Below are positions 16,868-25,921 of a DNA stretch of 29,211 nucleotides, in pieces. The stretch is taken from IMG/VR virus record IMGVR_UViG_3300031965_000117, positions 1 to 29,211 of that record. One strand, 5' to 3'. Made by a program: the position numbers and the translations under genes. Numbering within the stretch: position 1 is the stretch's first letter; each line of letters starts with the position of its first letter. Source of the DNA: a virus. Lineage: Duplodnaviria > Caudoviricetes. The notes below the pieces were generated by a model. The model worked only from the letters and a program-made list of their open reading frames with translations. It did no database searches and was not told the DNA's origin.

Positions 16868-17373
16868 TGGCAACCCGCCTTGAGAAGTTCGCCGCTGAGG
16901 TCCACGACGTACTCAACGACGCTAGCGTTCAGCAGGAAGTCTTTCAGATATCGGTACCGAAGCATGCTCAGCGCCGCCGAGTGTGTTGGGTCCCGACGGG
17001 GGGGCCGTTGGCACCACCCAAACGCTCAGGCGGTACTCACCTACCCACAACACCTGGCGCAGCGGACGGCATCCGGCGCCGTGACTGCGCTCTCCGGCAA
17101 GAGACGGTCGAGGTGCACGTCTACGCCGAGAGTCGAGAGACCGTGGAGGTGCTGTTCGAGAATCTTCTGGCGGCTATCGCAGACATTCAGCAAGACATCG
17201 ACTGGGGACGCTATGTCTGGCCCACTGAGGAGGCGCAGAACGCCGGCCTGCTCGTCCGGGGCTCCAAGATTATTTTCACGTTCACGCTGCCATTCCCGGT
17301 CAGTGAGGAGTTGGCCGAACTCACCATAGTCTCAGCGCAGGAGCATACGTGCGAATTCGATGCCGAGACCTAG
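16867..17373 (+). CDS. Putative neck / tail terminator protein
   Basis: Position, size, TAATG coupling, 'VEVHVYAES' beta-alpha pattern; function by synteny. Confidence 0.5.
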   Translation: MATRLEKFAAEVHDVLNDASVQQEVFQISVPKHAQRRRVCWVPTGGPLAPPKRSGGTHLPTTPGAADGIRRRDCALRQETVEVHVYAESRETVEVLFENLLAAIADIQQDIDWGRYVWPTEEAQNAGLLVRGSKIIFTFTLPFPVSEELAELTIVSAQEHTCEFDAET

Positions 17374-17881
17374 CATCAGCTTCACCGGCGACTTCGCCAA
17401 GCTGAACAAGTGGCTGAAGAAGCTCGAACGAGCACCAGAGGTGCTGGACCTGGTCGGAAAGCAGCTTGCCGAAGAAACCATCGAGCTCATCCGCGACGGC
17501 TTCGAGTCCGAGACAGACCCCTACGGGAATCCCTGGGCGCCGCTAAAGCTGCGAACCGGACGCATCCTTAGCGATAAGGGCGGTCTCCGAAGCAGCTGGC
17601 ACCAGGTTTCCTCTAGCCGCCGTGGCTTCGAGGTAGCGAGCGGCAAGCTCTATGCAAAGTGGCACCAGGGCGGGACCGGCATCTACGGACCGCGCAAGCA
17701 GCGCATCGTGCCAAAGCGATCTCGTGCCCTCGGTCCCATCAACCCGGGCGGCCTCTTTTTCCGATCCGTCAAGGGCACGCCGAAGCGGCGCATGGTTCCT
17801 AGCCGCGGGCCGCTGCCAGCGGCTTGGCGGCGCAGATACGTGGAGACAGCACAAGAAGTTCTCACCGAATACTTTCGGTGA
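17360..17881 (+). CDS. Virion morphogenesis / tail completion protein (Mu gpG / P2 gpS-like)
   Basis: 'FESETDPYGNPWAPL...ILSDKGGLRSS...YAKWHQGG...PKRRMVP'. Confidence 0.85.
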   Translation: MPRPSISFTGDFAKLNKWLKKLERAPEVLDLVGKQLAEETIELIRDGFESETDPYGNPWAPLKLRTGRILSDKGGLRSSWHQVSSSRRGFEVASGKLYAKWHQGGTGIYGPRKQRIVPKRSRALGPINPGGLFFRSVKGTPKRRMVPSRGPLPAAWRRRYVETAQEVLTEYFR

Positions 17882-17892
17882 CGGAGATCAGA

Positions 17893-18354
17893 ATGGCGAA
17901 GAGCACACAGAACAAGCCGGAGTCCACAGAGGCGGCCACCGAAACCGAGGCGCCGAAGCCGCCGGCCGAGGCGAAACCCGCAGCCGTGCTGCTCACTCCG
18001 CTGGAGTGGCGAGACAAGCTCGGATTGGTAAGACGCGGCGACCGACGGCTACCTCAGCGAGTCGACGTGCCAGACTGGCGCCACCAAGCTGCGGATACAC
18101 TGCACGGCTGGAGCGATGACGCTCACCACTTCCAGGGCGACAAGGCTCTGAAGCTGAGCGAATCCGACTACCGCAAGGCACTTGAAGCCGCCGCGAAGTA
18201 CCCCACCGTACCGCCGCACATGCAGGCGCTATCCCGGCTCAAGACTGAGAAGTTCAAGGACTTCAAGCCGAAGAAATCCACCCGGGAAGCCACGAGCGCA
18301 TCGCCCAAGATCGGCGAGGGCGCGCAGATCGGTCAAGGCCGGCTAGGAGCATAA
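17893..18354 (+). CDS. Hypothetical protein upstream of sheath
   Basis: GGAG RBS, fills the gap; 'HGW....LSESDYRKAL' resembles small pre-sheath proteins. Confidence 0.6.
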   Translation: MAKSTQNKPESTEAATETEAPKPPAEAKPAAVLLTPLEWRDKLGLVRRGDRRLPQRVDVPDWRHQAADTLHGWSDDAHHFQGDKALKLSESDYRKALEAAAKYPTVPPHMQALSRLKTEKFKDFKPKKSTREATSASPKIGEGAQIGQGRLGA

Positions 18355-18358
18355 CCAA

Positions 18359-19858
18359 ATGCCTGCAATCCCCAGCGCAAAAGAAGAAATCCTCGACCCA
18401 GGTCTAGGCATCTCGTCGCCAGCGGCGATGACTCCCATCGTCTACGGCGTTACGAGCCTTGGTACGCCGAATGTGTTGCAGTGGTACGGGTCACCCGACA
18501 CGCTGCGCGCAGAACGTGGCGAAGGCCCAGCCGTGGAGACCGTTGCCTACCTGCTCAACAAGGTAGGCGGACCAGTGGGTCTTATCACTGCGGATCCGTC
18601 GGTGGCGGCAGACAATACTACGGTTACCGCGAGCGGCGGCGGGCCCGAAGTCACCGTGGCTGGCAGCTCGACGGTTGATGCGTTCGTGCGCGTCGAGGTC
18701 ATCGCAGCTGGCATTTTAGGCGCCGGCAAATTCCGCTACGCACTGGACGGTTACTCTGGCGACGAAGAGACCGAGCGCACCTACAGCGAAGTCCTGACCA
18801 TTCCCACCGGCGGAACGTTTGCCATCCCCGGTACCGGGCTCACGCTGACGTTTGCAGCCGGAAGCTACGTGGTAGGCGAGTTCTACACGTTCCAGGCCGA
18901 GTGCGCCGCGTGGAACGCAACGGATTTGGCGGACGCGATTCCAGCTGCTCAGAACTCGGTGCGACCTTGGCGGTTCTTGGTGGGGGTCACCAGCAGAAAC
19001 AACGGTGACGCCGCGGCGCATGCCGTGCTGGCGGCTGCTCTGCAAACGCACCTCGATGGCATGGCCAACGTGTCCAAGCATCGCCGCGCTATGATCGCGT
19101 CAACTCACGACTTCACCGAGACGCCGGACGAGGTGGCCACGGCCTTCGCGTCCACCGTCGCGCCTCGGGTATTGGTCGCGCACGAGCGGGTAAAGCGAAT
19201 CAGCCCGAAGCCATTCTCTGGCTGGTCGCAACCGGTGACCGATGCGGTCGATTGCTTTGCGGCTCGAGCGGCCGGCAGCTTGCCGTCCACGGACCTCAAG
19301 CGGGTCCGGGGCAACGGTCTACAGAACGGTGGTGCGCTGCCAGGTGTGCTGAAGATCTTCCACGACGAAGAGCAGATCCCAACGTCGCTCGATGACGCGA
19401 AGATCTCCACTTTGCGCACCTACTCGGGAGGTGTGGATTCCCCCGACGGATTCTTCGTCACGCAAGGGCGACTGAAGTCCGGAGCGGGAAGCGACTTCAC
19501 TCACTGGCCGCGCGGCATCGTGATGGATATCGCCTGCGAGACGGCCCACGACGCCCAAGTGCTGTTTATCGGATCGGGTTTCCGGCTGAACTCCGACGGC
19601 ACCATCGACAACCGAGACGCTGTCCGGTGGGAGGAAGAGATCGGCGACAAGCTGACGGCCCAGCTGCTCTCACCAAGGAACGCCGAAGGGTTTGACGGTC
19701 ACGTGACAGACATTCGCTATCGCCTCTCCCGCACGCACAACGTCAAGGCGACCGGGACCATCATCAGCACAGTGGGCATCAAGCCAATCGGCTACGCCGA
19801 TTACATCTACACGTACTTGGGCTTCGTTACCCAATTCGCCGAGGACGCAGCCGCCTGA
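18359..19858 (+). CDS. Contractile tail sheath protein (DUF2586-like)
   Basis: 499 aa; 'EILDPGLG', 'ISTLRTY..G..GFFVTQGRL...GSDF...VMDIAC', C-terminal 'VGIKPIGYA..I...LGF'. Confidence 0.88.
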   Translation: MPAIPSAKEEILDPGLGISSPAAMTPIVYGVTSLGTPNVLQWYGSPDTLRAERGEGPAVETVAYLLNKVGGPVGLITADPSVAADNTTVTASGGGPEVTVAGSSTVDAFVRVEVIAAGILGAGKFRYALDGYSGDEETERTYSEVLTIPTGGTFAIPGTGLTLTFAAGSYVVGEFYTFQAECAAWNATDLADAIPAAQNSVRPWRFLVGVTSRNNGDAAAHAVLAAALQTHLDGMANVSKHRRAMIASTHDFTETPDEVATAFASTVAPRVLVAHERVKRISPKPFSGWSQPVTDAVDCFAARAAGSLPSTDLKRVRGNGLQNGGALPGVLKIFHDEEQIPTSLDDAKISTLRTYSGGVDSPDGFFVTQGRLKSGAGSDFTHWPRGIVMDIACETAHDAQVLFIGSGFRLNSDGTIDNRDAVRWEEEIGDKLTAQLLSPRNAEGFDGHVTDIRYRLSRTHNVKATGTIISTVGIKPIGYADYIYTYLGFVTQFAEDAAA

Positions 19859-19881
19859 GCGGGCGCTGAAAGGGCTATCTG

Positions 19882-20343
19882 ATGAACTACCCCGATACAG
19901 AGGGCTTTGGCTATAAGTTCGAGCGCGCTGAGCTCACAGCCAATAGTCGGATTTGGACAGCGATCAGCAGCGTCGGCGCCGACCAGCCTACCGAGTCCGA
20001 AGGTATACGCGGTACCCGGCCGTACCCCATCGGAGACACCGAGGGGCACCAGGGACTGGGCGAAGGTACCATCACCTGGAGCGATGAGATGGAGCGCGTC
20101 GGGTTCATCGAGTCGCTTGGCGATGGCTATCGCGAGACGAAGTGGACGCTGGTCTGGATCCTGCGCGCCAAGGGACGGCCGGACATCAAGAAGGTCTGCT
20201 ACGGCTGTCGACTACTCTCCGAGCCCACCGAGGACGAGGCAGAGGGCGGCGCGATCGGAGGCGACACGACTTTCTCTTTCATGAATATGTCGATCAACGG
20301 GCGCTTTCCGCATTCGGGCTACCCGTCGGCGACCAAGACGTGA
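19882..20343 (+). CDS. Tail tube protein
   Basis: 153 aa directly after sheath; 'RGT..YPIG.T.G....EGTIT' tube-like pattern. Confidence 0.78.
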   Translation: MNYPDTEGFGYKFERAELTANSRIWTAISSVGADQPTESEGIRGTRPYPIGDTEGHQGLGEGTITWSDEMERVGFIESLGDGYRETKWTLVWILRAKGRPDIKKVCYGCRLLSEPTEDEAEGGAIGGDTTFSFMNMSINGRFPHSGYPSATKT

Positions 20344-20384
20344 CCACCGCGCGCTAACTAGCGCGCTAGAAACAGGAGCAACAC

Positions 20385-20741
20385 ATGGCAGAACAGCAGC
20401 CCTCTCACGAGGCTGTCTTGGAACAACTGCGCCAAAAGCACGGGTACATCGCCTACTGCGTCACTCCAGCAGACCCCAGTAAACCCGCTGAGGTCCAGAA
20501 CAAGCTGCTGGCATTCCGCACCCCGAGCCAAGAGGAGTACGAGGACTGGCAAGAGGGCATGAAGAAGGGTCGCATGGGCCCTGTCTTCCGCACGCTGTGC
20601 CTGCGCACTCGCGTGCTGCCCGAGCAAGAGGAGCAGCTCGTTAAGGTGTTCGAAGCGTGGCCCGGATTGCCGGCGCGACTGGCGGATGAAATCACCGATC
20701 TCGGCGGTGCCGATATCGAGGTCAACGTAAAAAAAGGCTAG
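20385..20741 (+). CDS. Tail assembly chaperone (gpG-like)
   Basis: AGGAG RBS; between tube and tape measure; ends in slippery GTA AAA AAA GGC TAG. Confidence 0.8.
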   Translation: MAEQQPSHEAVLEQLRQKHGYIAYCVTPADPSKPAEVQNKLLAFRTPSQEEYEDWQEGMKKGRMGPVFRTLCLRTRVLPEQEEQLVKVFEAWPGLPARLADEITDLGGADIEVNVKKG

Positions 20742-20932
20742 CCGAGTGGAAGCGCTTGCGACGACGGTACTACACCGCCGCGCAAGCGCTTCGTGCGTTT
20801 ATGGCCCAGGACGGATCGGATCGCGACTGGGCTGGAGCCTTGATTGTGGCTGATGCACTCGGCGATCTGAAGGCGATCCGAGGCTTTCTTGAAAGCGTCG
20901 GAAAGAAGGGACGGCGACGCCGTCGACGATAA
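20729..20932 (+). other. Programmed -1 frameshift site (A AAA AAA, 20729-20735) and gpT-like extension
   Basis: -1 frame (RLAEWKRLRRRYY...KKGRRRRRR*) is open to TAA 20930-20932, which overlaps the tape measure ATG. Confidence 0.8.
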
Positions 20933-22833
20933 TGGCAGACCAGGCACGATTTACTCTCAAGCTGATCGACAAGGTGCGCGGACCCTCGCGCACCATGGCG
21001 CGCGCGCTAGGTAAGTCGGTGCGTCTGTTCGAAAAGTTTCAGTCCTCGGTGAATGGACGCGGTGTGGCTCGTAACGCCCTACCTCGGTTCACAGCGGGCG
21101 GGACTCGCGCCACGCGCATGCTAGGAGGTCTGACTCGACGCATGGGCGGTATGATGAACGTCTTTAAGGGCAACCTGCTAGCTCGCGGCGCCGAGGGACT
21201 GCTGCGAATCGGGGCCGGAGCGCTGGCTGGCGCGGCTTCGTTCGTGACGTTCGGCCAGAATCAGCGCCTTGCGTTCAATCAGCTGGCGAAGCACGGCGCG
21301 AGCGGCGCCAAGATTTTCCAGCACACGCGCGACATGGCAAAGGAGTTCGGACTCGACGTCAAGGACACGTCGAAGACTTACGCAAAGTTTTTGGCGCTGC
21401 AATTTAGCCCCAAACAAGCCGACGATCTCATCAAGCTCGGCTCAGACATGAGAGCCCTGGGGAACAGCGCCGAGGACGTGGCTGGCATCAACCTCGCACT
21501 CGGCCAGATCAAAAGTAAGGGGAGGCTCCAGGGCGAGGAGCTCTTGCAGCTGCAAGAGCGAAACGTCTCCGGAGATCTGATCAAGAAGGCGGTAGCGAAG
21601 CGAATGGAGGTCGACCCTGACAAGGTCGAAAAGCTCATCAGCGCGGGCAAGGTCAAGAGCGACGTCGCCCTTGGCGCGATCCAAGACGCCATGCTCGAGA
21701 AGCTCGGCACGAAGGCCCCGGGTGAGGCCGGCAAGAAGTTTGCGAACACAACCATAAGCGGCGCGCTCGGTGTCATGAAGGCGCGCGGTCAGGACCTCGC
21801 TCTAACACTGGCCGAACGCTTTGAAGGCGGCGCTACCAAGTTCATTAAGAGCGCCTCTGATAAGATCTTCGGGTTTCTGGACAGCGCCAAAGGCCAAAAG
21901 TTTATTGACCGCTTGGCGCTCGGATTCGAGAACGCAGGCAAGGCCCTCGAGAAGGCGGTGCCTTTCGTCGAGTCGTTCTTTGGCGGTTTCAGCACGGGCG
22001 CAGGCGAGGCGATGAAGGTGTTCGGCGAGGCCCTCGATCCGGTCTTCAAGGCTCTGGGGAGCGGCGACGGAAAGGCCGCGCATGCCATCCTGAAGTCGAT
22101 GGGTAAGACGTTCGGCGTGATCGCTGTAACGGCTGGCATGGTCGGCGGGGCTTTTCTGGGCGTTACGGCCGCAACGACGGTCCTCACGGATGCCGGGCTA
22201 AAGCTAGGGGTCGGTATCGTGAAGGGCATACTCGGACCGATGCAGAAGATGGTCGGGGACGTGCTGCTGTGGTGGGAGGATCTCTCCGCGATCTGGAGCG
22301 CCAAAGGTCTGTCGCTCAGCGATAAGGCCTTTGGCATCGGCAAGAACATCGTCATGGGACTGGTCAACGGTCTGAAGGAACTCGCGCTTCTTCCCGTACG
22401 ACAAGCCGAGAGCATAGCATCGAGCGTACTCTCCGCGTTCCGGAGCACATTCCAGGAACGCTCACCAGCAAAGACCACTATCGATATCGGCGCAAACGTT
22501 GGCAAGGGTCTGCCGATCGGCATTGTGTCCCAAGCCTCGGCCGCCGAGCGCGCGATCGAGAAGTACTACGGCACAAATTCCAGCGTGATGGGCGCCTTCT
22601 CCGACGTGGCCATCCCGCAGCCGAACTACGGAGAGGCGATTGCAGCGTTCGCGGGCGGCAATAATAGCAGCGCCGCAGGCGCGTCTGCCCGTGGTGACAT
22701 CAGCGTCAGCTTCGGTGACATCAATGTGCAGGCGCCAACATCGGCGACCCCCGAAGCCTATGGCGAAGCCGCCAGGCGCGCGGTCAGGCGCGAAGTCGAG
22801 ATGTTGCTGGCAGAACTCGAACTGCAGGCATGA
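20932..22833 (+). CDS. Tape measure protein
   Basis: 'LALGQIKSKGRLQGEELLQLQE' tape-measure N-terminal motif; Ala/Gly helical body; 'GKNIVMGLVNGL...RSPAK'. Confidence 0.92.
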   Translation: MADQARFTLKLIDKVRGPSRTMARALGKSVRLFEKFQSSVNGRGVARNALPRFTAGGTRATRMLGGLTRRMGGMMNVFKGNLLARGAEGLLRIGAGALAGAASFVTFGQNQRLAFNQLAKHGASGAKIFQHTRDMAKEFGLDVKDTSKTYAKFLALQFSPKQADDLIKLGSDMRALGNSAEDVAGINLALGQIKSKGRLQGEELLQLQERNVSGDLIKKAVAKRMEVDPDKVEKLISAGKVKSDVALGAIQDAMLEKLGTKAPGEAGKKFANTTISGALGVMKARGQDLALTLAERFEGGATKFIKSASDKIFGFLDSAKGQKFIDRLALGFENAGKALEKAVPFVESFFGGFSTGAGEAMKVFGEALDPVFKALGSGDGKAAHAILKSMGKTFGVIAVTAGMVGGAFLGVTAATTVLTDAGLKLGVGIVKGILGPMQKMVGDVLLWWEDLSAIWSAKGLSLSDKAFGIGKNIVMGLVNGLKELALLPVRQAESIASSVLSAFRSTFQERSPAKTTIDIGANVGKGLPIGIVSQASAAERAIEKYYGTNSSVMGAFSDVAIPQPNYGEAIAAFAGGNNSSAAGASARGDISVSFGDINVQAPTSATPEAYGEAARRAVRREVEMLLAELELQA

Positions 22834-23394
22834 ATGACCGCCGACTGGACCAAAACTCCGGACTGGGAGCGGCTCAAGCTCGCCGGGCGGGATGTCGAGT
22901 GCGCCATGGTGGATGTCAAGGTGCGCCTCGACAGCGGCGTCGACGTCAAGAAGTCCAAGGGCAAGAAGAAAGCGCGCGTCACTGACGACGGTGAACCCCC
23001 GGCGGAGATTAACGTCGAGATCCAGCTGCTACCTAAGCACTTGCCTGCATTCGCTGCCCACCGCAACGTGCTGCGCCCGCGCGCAAAGAACGCGGCGCGG
23101 GAGCCGATTCAGTTTGCGCACCCCAATACGGAATTTTGGGGCATCACCGCAGTGACCATCAAAACGGTGGACTCGCCGATGCCAGAGGCGGGCGGGCTCT
23201 GGCGGGTGAGCTTCAAGGCCATCGAATGGTCAGCGAGCACACCCGAGGTCAAAGCCAAGGCCACCAAGGATCAGAAGCCTAGCGACGCAGAAGAATGGCA
23301 GCAGTTCGCGGCAGACCCAGAATCGCCGGCCACCAGCGGCGCCGCGGAAAATAACATCTTCGTAGATCTGGGCAATACCCTGCTCGAGGAATAG
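22834..23394 (+). CDS. Putative tail tube initiator / baseplate protein
   Basis: Directly after tape measure; synteny and beta-rich pattern only. Confidence 0.55.
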   Translation: MTADWTKTPDWERLKLAGRDVECAMVDVKVRLDSGVDVKKSKGKKKARVTDDGEPPAEINVEIQLLPKHLPAFAAHRNVLRPRAKNAAREPIQFAHPNTEFWGITAVTIKTVDSPMPEAGGLWRVSFKAIEWSASTPEVKAKATKDQKPSDAEEWQQFAADPESPATSGAAENNIFVDLGNTLLEE

Positions 23395-24047
23395 TGGGAC
23401 AGGTCACCCTCAACGCAGAAGCAGTCTTCGCCCTGCGCCTGACCCTGCCCCTCCGGGGCCGCTGGACCGCTGAACTAGAGGTCGACTCGGAGGCGGACAT
23501 CACGGGAGCTGTGACCCTCAGCGACAGCCAGCCAGGCGAGCAGGTCACGTTCCAGGGTGCCGTGCACCGTGGTGGCGTCCTGGTTAACACGTGGCGAGGT
23601 CTCATAGTGGGCGGCACTGGCGGTCTCTCCAAAGACGTAACGGCCAAGCACTATCGAGAGATCGACGCTAGGACCGTCATTAGCGAGCTATTAGCCGAGG
23701 TCGGCGAGGCGCTGGCGACGACATCCACAGCCACTGTGCTGGCCAAGCGACTCCCCTTCTGGACCCGCTTAACTGGGGGCGCCCGCGAGGCGCTGAGCGC
23801 CGTCTGTGACGCCATTGGCGCCACCTGGCGCGTTCTGCCCTCTGGAGCTGTCTGGATTGGAGTGGACACCTGGCCGGCAGCGGCCGACCAGTTCCAGGTC
23901 GATCGCGACTTCCCCGCTGGCACGGTCGAGCTGGCCCCGGATTCTATCAACCTACTGCCAGGCGTCACAGTCGACGGGCTGAGGGTGGGCCGAGTCGAGC
24001 ACTGCATTGATGATCACCTGCGCACCACCGTCTGGCCTGTCGAATGA
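23394..24047 (+). CDS. Putative baseplate hub protein
   Basis: 'GRWTAELEV...VISELLAEVGE...ALSAVCDAIGATWRV..SGAVWIG' hub-like; position before spike. Confidence 0.6.
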   Translation: MGQVTLNAEAVFALRLTLPLRGRWTAELEVDSEADITGAVTLSDSQPGEQVTFQGAVHRGGVLVNTWRGLIVGGTGGLSKDVTAKHYREIDARTVISELLAEVGEALATTSTATVLAKRLPFWTRLTGGAREALSAVCDAIGATWRVLPSGAVWIGVDTWPAAADQFQVDRDFPAGTVELAPDSINLLPGVTVDGLRVGRVEHCIDDHLRTTVWPVE

Positions 24048-24406
24048 GCACCACCGTCGTCTTTGACCTGCCCAGCACTCCGCGGGTGACTCTCACGCTG
24101 GAGGACGATGGCAGCTACACGGCTGTCTTGGAGGTCGAGGATCTCGAGCCGCAGCGCAGCGTGTCGGCTGAGGAGTTGGCGGCCGGGATTACCTCGCTTG
24201 AGCCCCCTACTGTCAACATCACGCCGCAGCGGACTACAGCGGAGACTCACAGGCGACTGATCGACGCTGCGCAGCGCGCTGTAGTCGCCTCCGTCACCAG
24301 CACCACGGGGGATTCAGGCGGCCCCGGCGGGCTGCTCATGTCTTACCTGCGCGTCGCCAGAGGCGTCCGCCATGCGCTGAGAATGCTCGACCCGGATTCG
24401 ATATGA
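24044..24406 (+). CDS. Hypothetical protein
   Basis: ATGA overlaps at both ends. Confidence 0.6.
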   Translation: MSTTVVFDLPSTPRVTLTLEDDGSYTAVLEVEDLEPQRSVSAEELAAGITSLEPPTVNITPQRTTAETHRRLIDAAQRAVVASVTSTTGDSGGPGGLLMSYLRVARGVRHALRMLDPDSI

Positions 24407-24876
24407 GCGACCCACGAGCCGCGCTAGCCGCCTTCATTCGCAACGTGATGCGCAATACCCGCTACCACGCGCAGTATCCCGCCACGGTCCAAGGGCAGCC
24501 CACCGACAGCACGCTCGATCTGCTGCCAGACGACACAAGCGTGCGTGGGCTAGGCCTTTCGAACGTGCCGATCCGGCACGGGCTGCCAGCGGTTACCGTC
24601 AAGGTGTTGGTGGGTTCCAGGGTGCTGCTCGGATTCGAAGCAGGAGACCCGCAGCGGCCTTATGCCGCTCTCTGGTCGGCAAGCTCGATCGAGTACATCA
24701 GCTTTGCGGGCGGCGATAAGCCGGTGGCGCGCATCGGGGATGCGGTGACCTGCTTTTGGCCGCCCTCCGTACCCATCACCGGCACAGTAGGCGGAAACGC
24801 CCTCGTGGGCACGATGACGATCACCAGTCCAGCGCCAGCCGTGATCGGCTCTGGAGCGCAAAAGTTCCGAGCGTGA
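24403..24876 (+). CDS. Baseplate spike protein (gpV-like OB fold), copy 1
   Basis: 'PATV...TLDL.PDD...GLSNVPIRHGLP...GSRVLLGFEAGDPQRPY' OB-fold pattern; 'PVARIGD'. Confidence 0.75.
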   Translation: MSDPRAALAAFIRNVMRNTRYHAQYPATVQGQPTDSTLDLLPDDTSVRGLGLSNVPIRHGLPAVTVKVLVGSRVLLGFEAGDPQRPYAALWSASSIEYISFAGGDKPVARIGDAVTCFWPPSVPITGTVGGNALVGTMTITSPAPAVIGSGAQKFRA

Positions 24877-25394
24877 GCGATCCACTAGCAGCCCTGACAC
24901 GCTTCATCCGCTGGGTGATGCGCGACGTGACCTATCATCAGTGCTTCGTCGCCCGGGTCGAGCGCGGCAACCCGGACGGAACAGTCGATCTGCTGTCGGA
25001 AGAGTCAGCTCTCCAGGGTCTAAGTCTGCAGAGTATTACCGTGCGTCTAGGTCTGCCGGAGGCGAGCGCTACGCCAGAGCAGGGCGCGCGTTGCCTCGTC
25101 GCCTTCGAAGCTGGCGATCCGCGCAGCCCGTACGTTGCCGCCTGGGAAGACAGCGCGCAGGGCGTCGTTCGCATGGGCGGCGACAGACCAGTAGCCCGCA
25201 TGAGCGACATTGTAGAGATTGAATTGCCGCCAGCTATCACAGTGACGGGAACGATACAGGGGACGATCACCATCCCCGGCACACCACCAGTCATCGTGCC
25301 TTTGCCCCCGACGCCGGTACAAGGTGGCGTAGTAGTGGTCACTCCTCCGCCCAGTGCGTCAGTCCAGACAGGCAACCCACAGCTGCTCGCATGA
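24873..25394 (+). CDS. Baseplate spike protein, copy 2 (tandem paralogue)
   Basis: GTG start overlapping upstream TGA; aligns end to end with copy 1 (SDPLAAL..FIR.VMR; GARCLVAFEAGDPRSPY; PVARMSD). Confidence 0.75.
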   Translation: MSDPLAALTRFIRWVMRDVTYHQCFVARVERGNPDGTVDLLSEESALQGLSLQSITVRLGLPEASATPEQGARCLVAFEAGDPRSPYVAAWEDSAQGVVRMGGDRPVARMSDIVEIELPPAITVTGTIQGTITIPGTPPVIVPLPPTPVQGGVVVVTPPPSASVQTGNPQLLA

Positions 25395-25921
25395 CCGCCT
25401 ACTACGTCGGGAGCGTGAATCTCGGAGCGGCGATCCCCGTGGCGCTGCAGGCACAGGTTGGCTTAGACGCAGCGGTAGCTGTGAGCCTGCCAGACATCTC
25501 TGCCAAGCTGGCGGGGTGGCTCGCGCTGCAGGCGCAGCTGATACTGACGCCACCATCCCTTGACGGGCAGATCACTGCCGTCGGCGACCTGCTGCTGCAG
25601 CTCGAGGCGTCCGTTTCTCTGAGTTTGCCCGACGTGGATTTTCAACTGGCCGCGGCCGCCGGTATCATCGCAGAACTGGAAGCAACGCTCGGGGCGCTGC
25701 AGGCACAGGTGGCATTCTCGGCCAGTCTAAGCGCACTCTTCGGAGTGGGAGGGATACACGCCTACCACGTCGAGTCAACAGCAGGGCAAGCTGGAGCCGA
25801 CCTGCAGGCCGTGCTCTCGGCTGGTATCCCCGGTACTGACTCAGGCGCGGAGGCCTACGGTGTGCTGCTGGTTGCGACGACTTCGGCGGGTCGTGCTGCG
25901 CTACAGGCGGCCTTAGGTTAG
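25391..25921 (+). CDS. Hypothetical Ala/Leu-rich helical protein with internal repeats
   Basis: ATGA overlap; repeated ALQAQ and SLPD units. Confidence 0.7.
   Translation: MTAYYVGSVNLGAAIPVALQAQVGLDAAVAVSLPDISAKLAGWLALQAQLILTPPSLDGQITAVGDLLLQLEASVSLSLPDVDFQLAAAAGIIAELEATLGALQAQVAFSASLSALFGVGGIHAYHVESTAGQAGADLQAVLSAGIPGTDSGAEAYGVLLVATTSAGRAALQAALG

Noticed and set aside
20349-20366. Inverted repeat GCGCGCTA-AC-TAGCGCGC after the tube gene as a terminator
   Set aside because: No U-tract; at most an mRNA-stabilising hairpin
24403-25394. Duplicated spikes considered as DGR template/variable repeat or invertible cassette
   Set aside because: Similarity is at protein level with broad nucleotide divergence; no reverse transcriptase, invertase or inverted repeats seen
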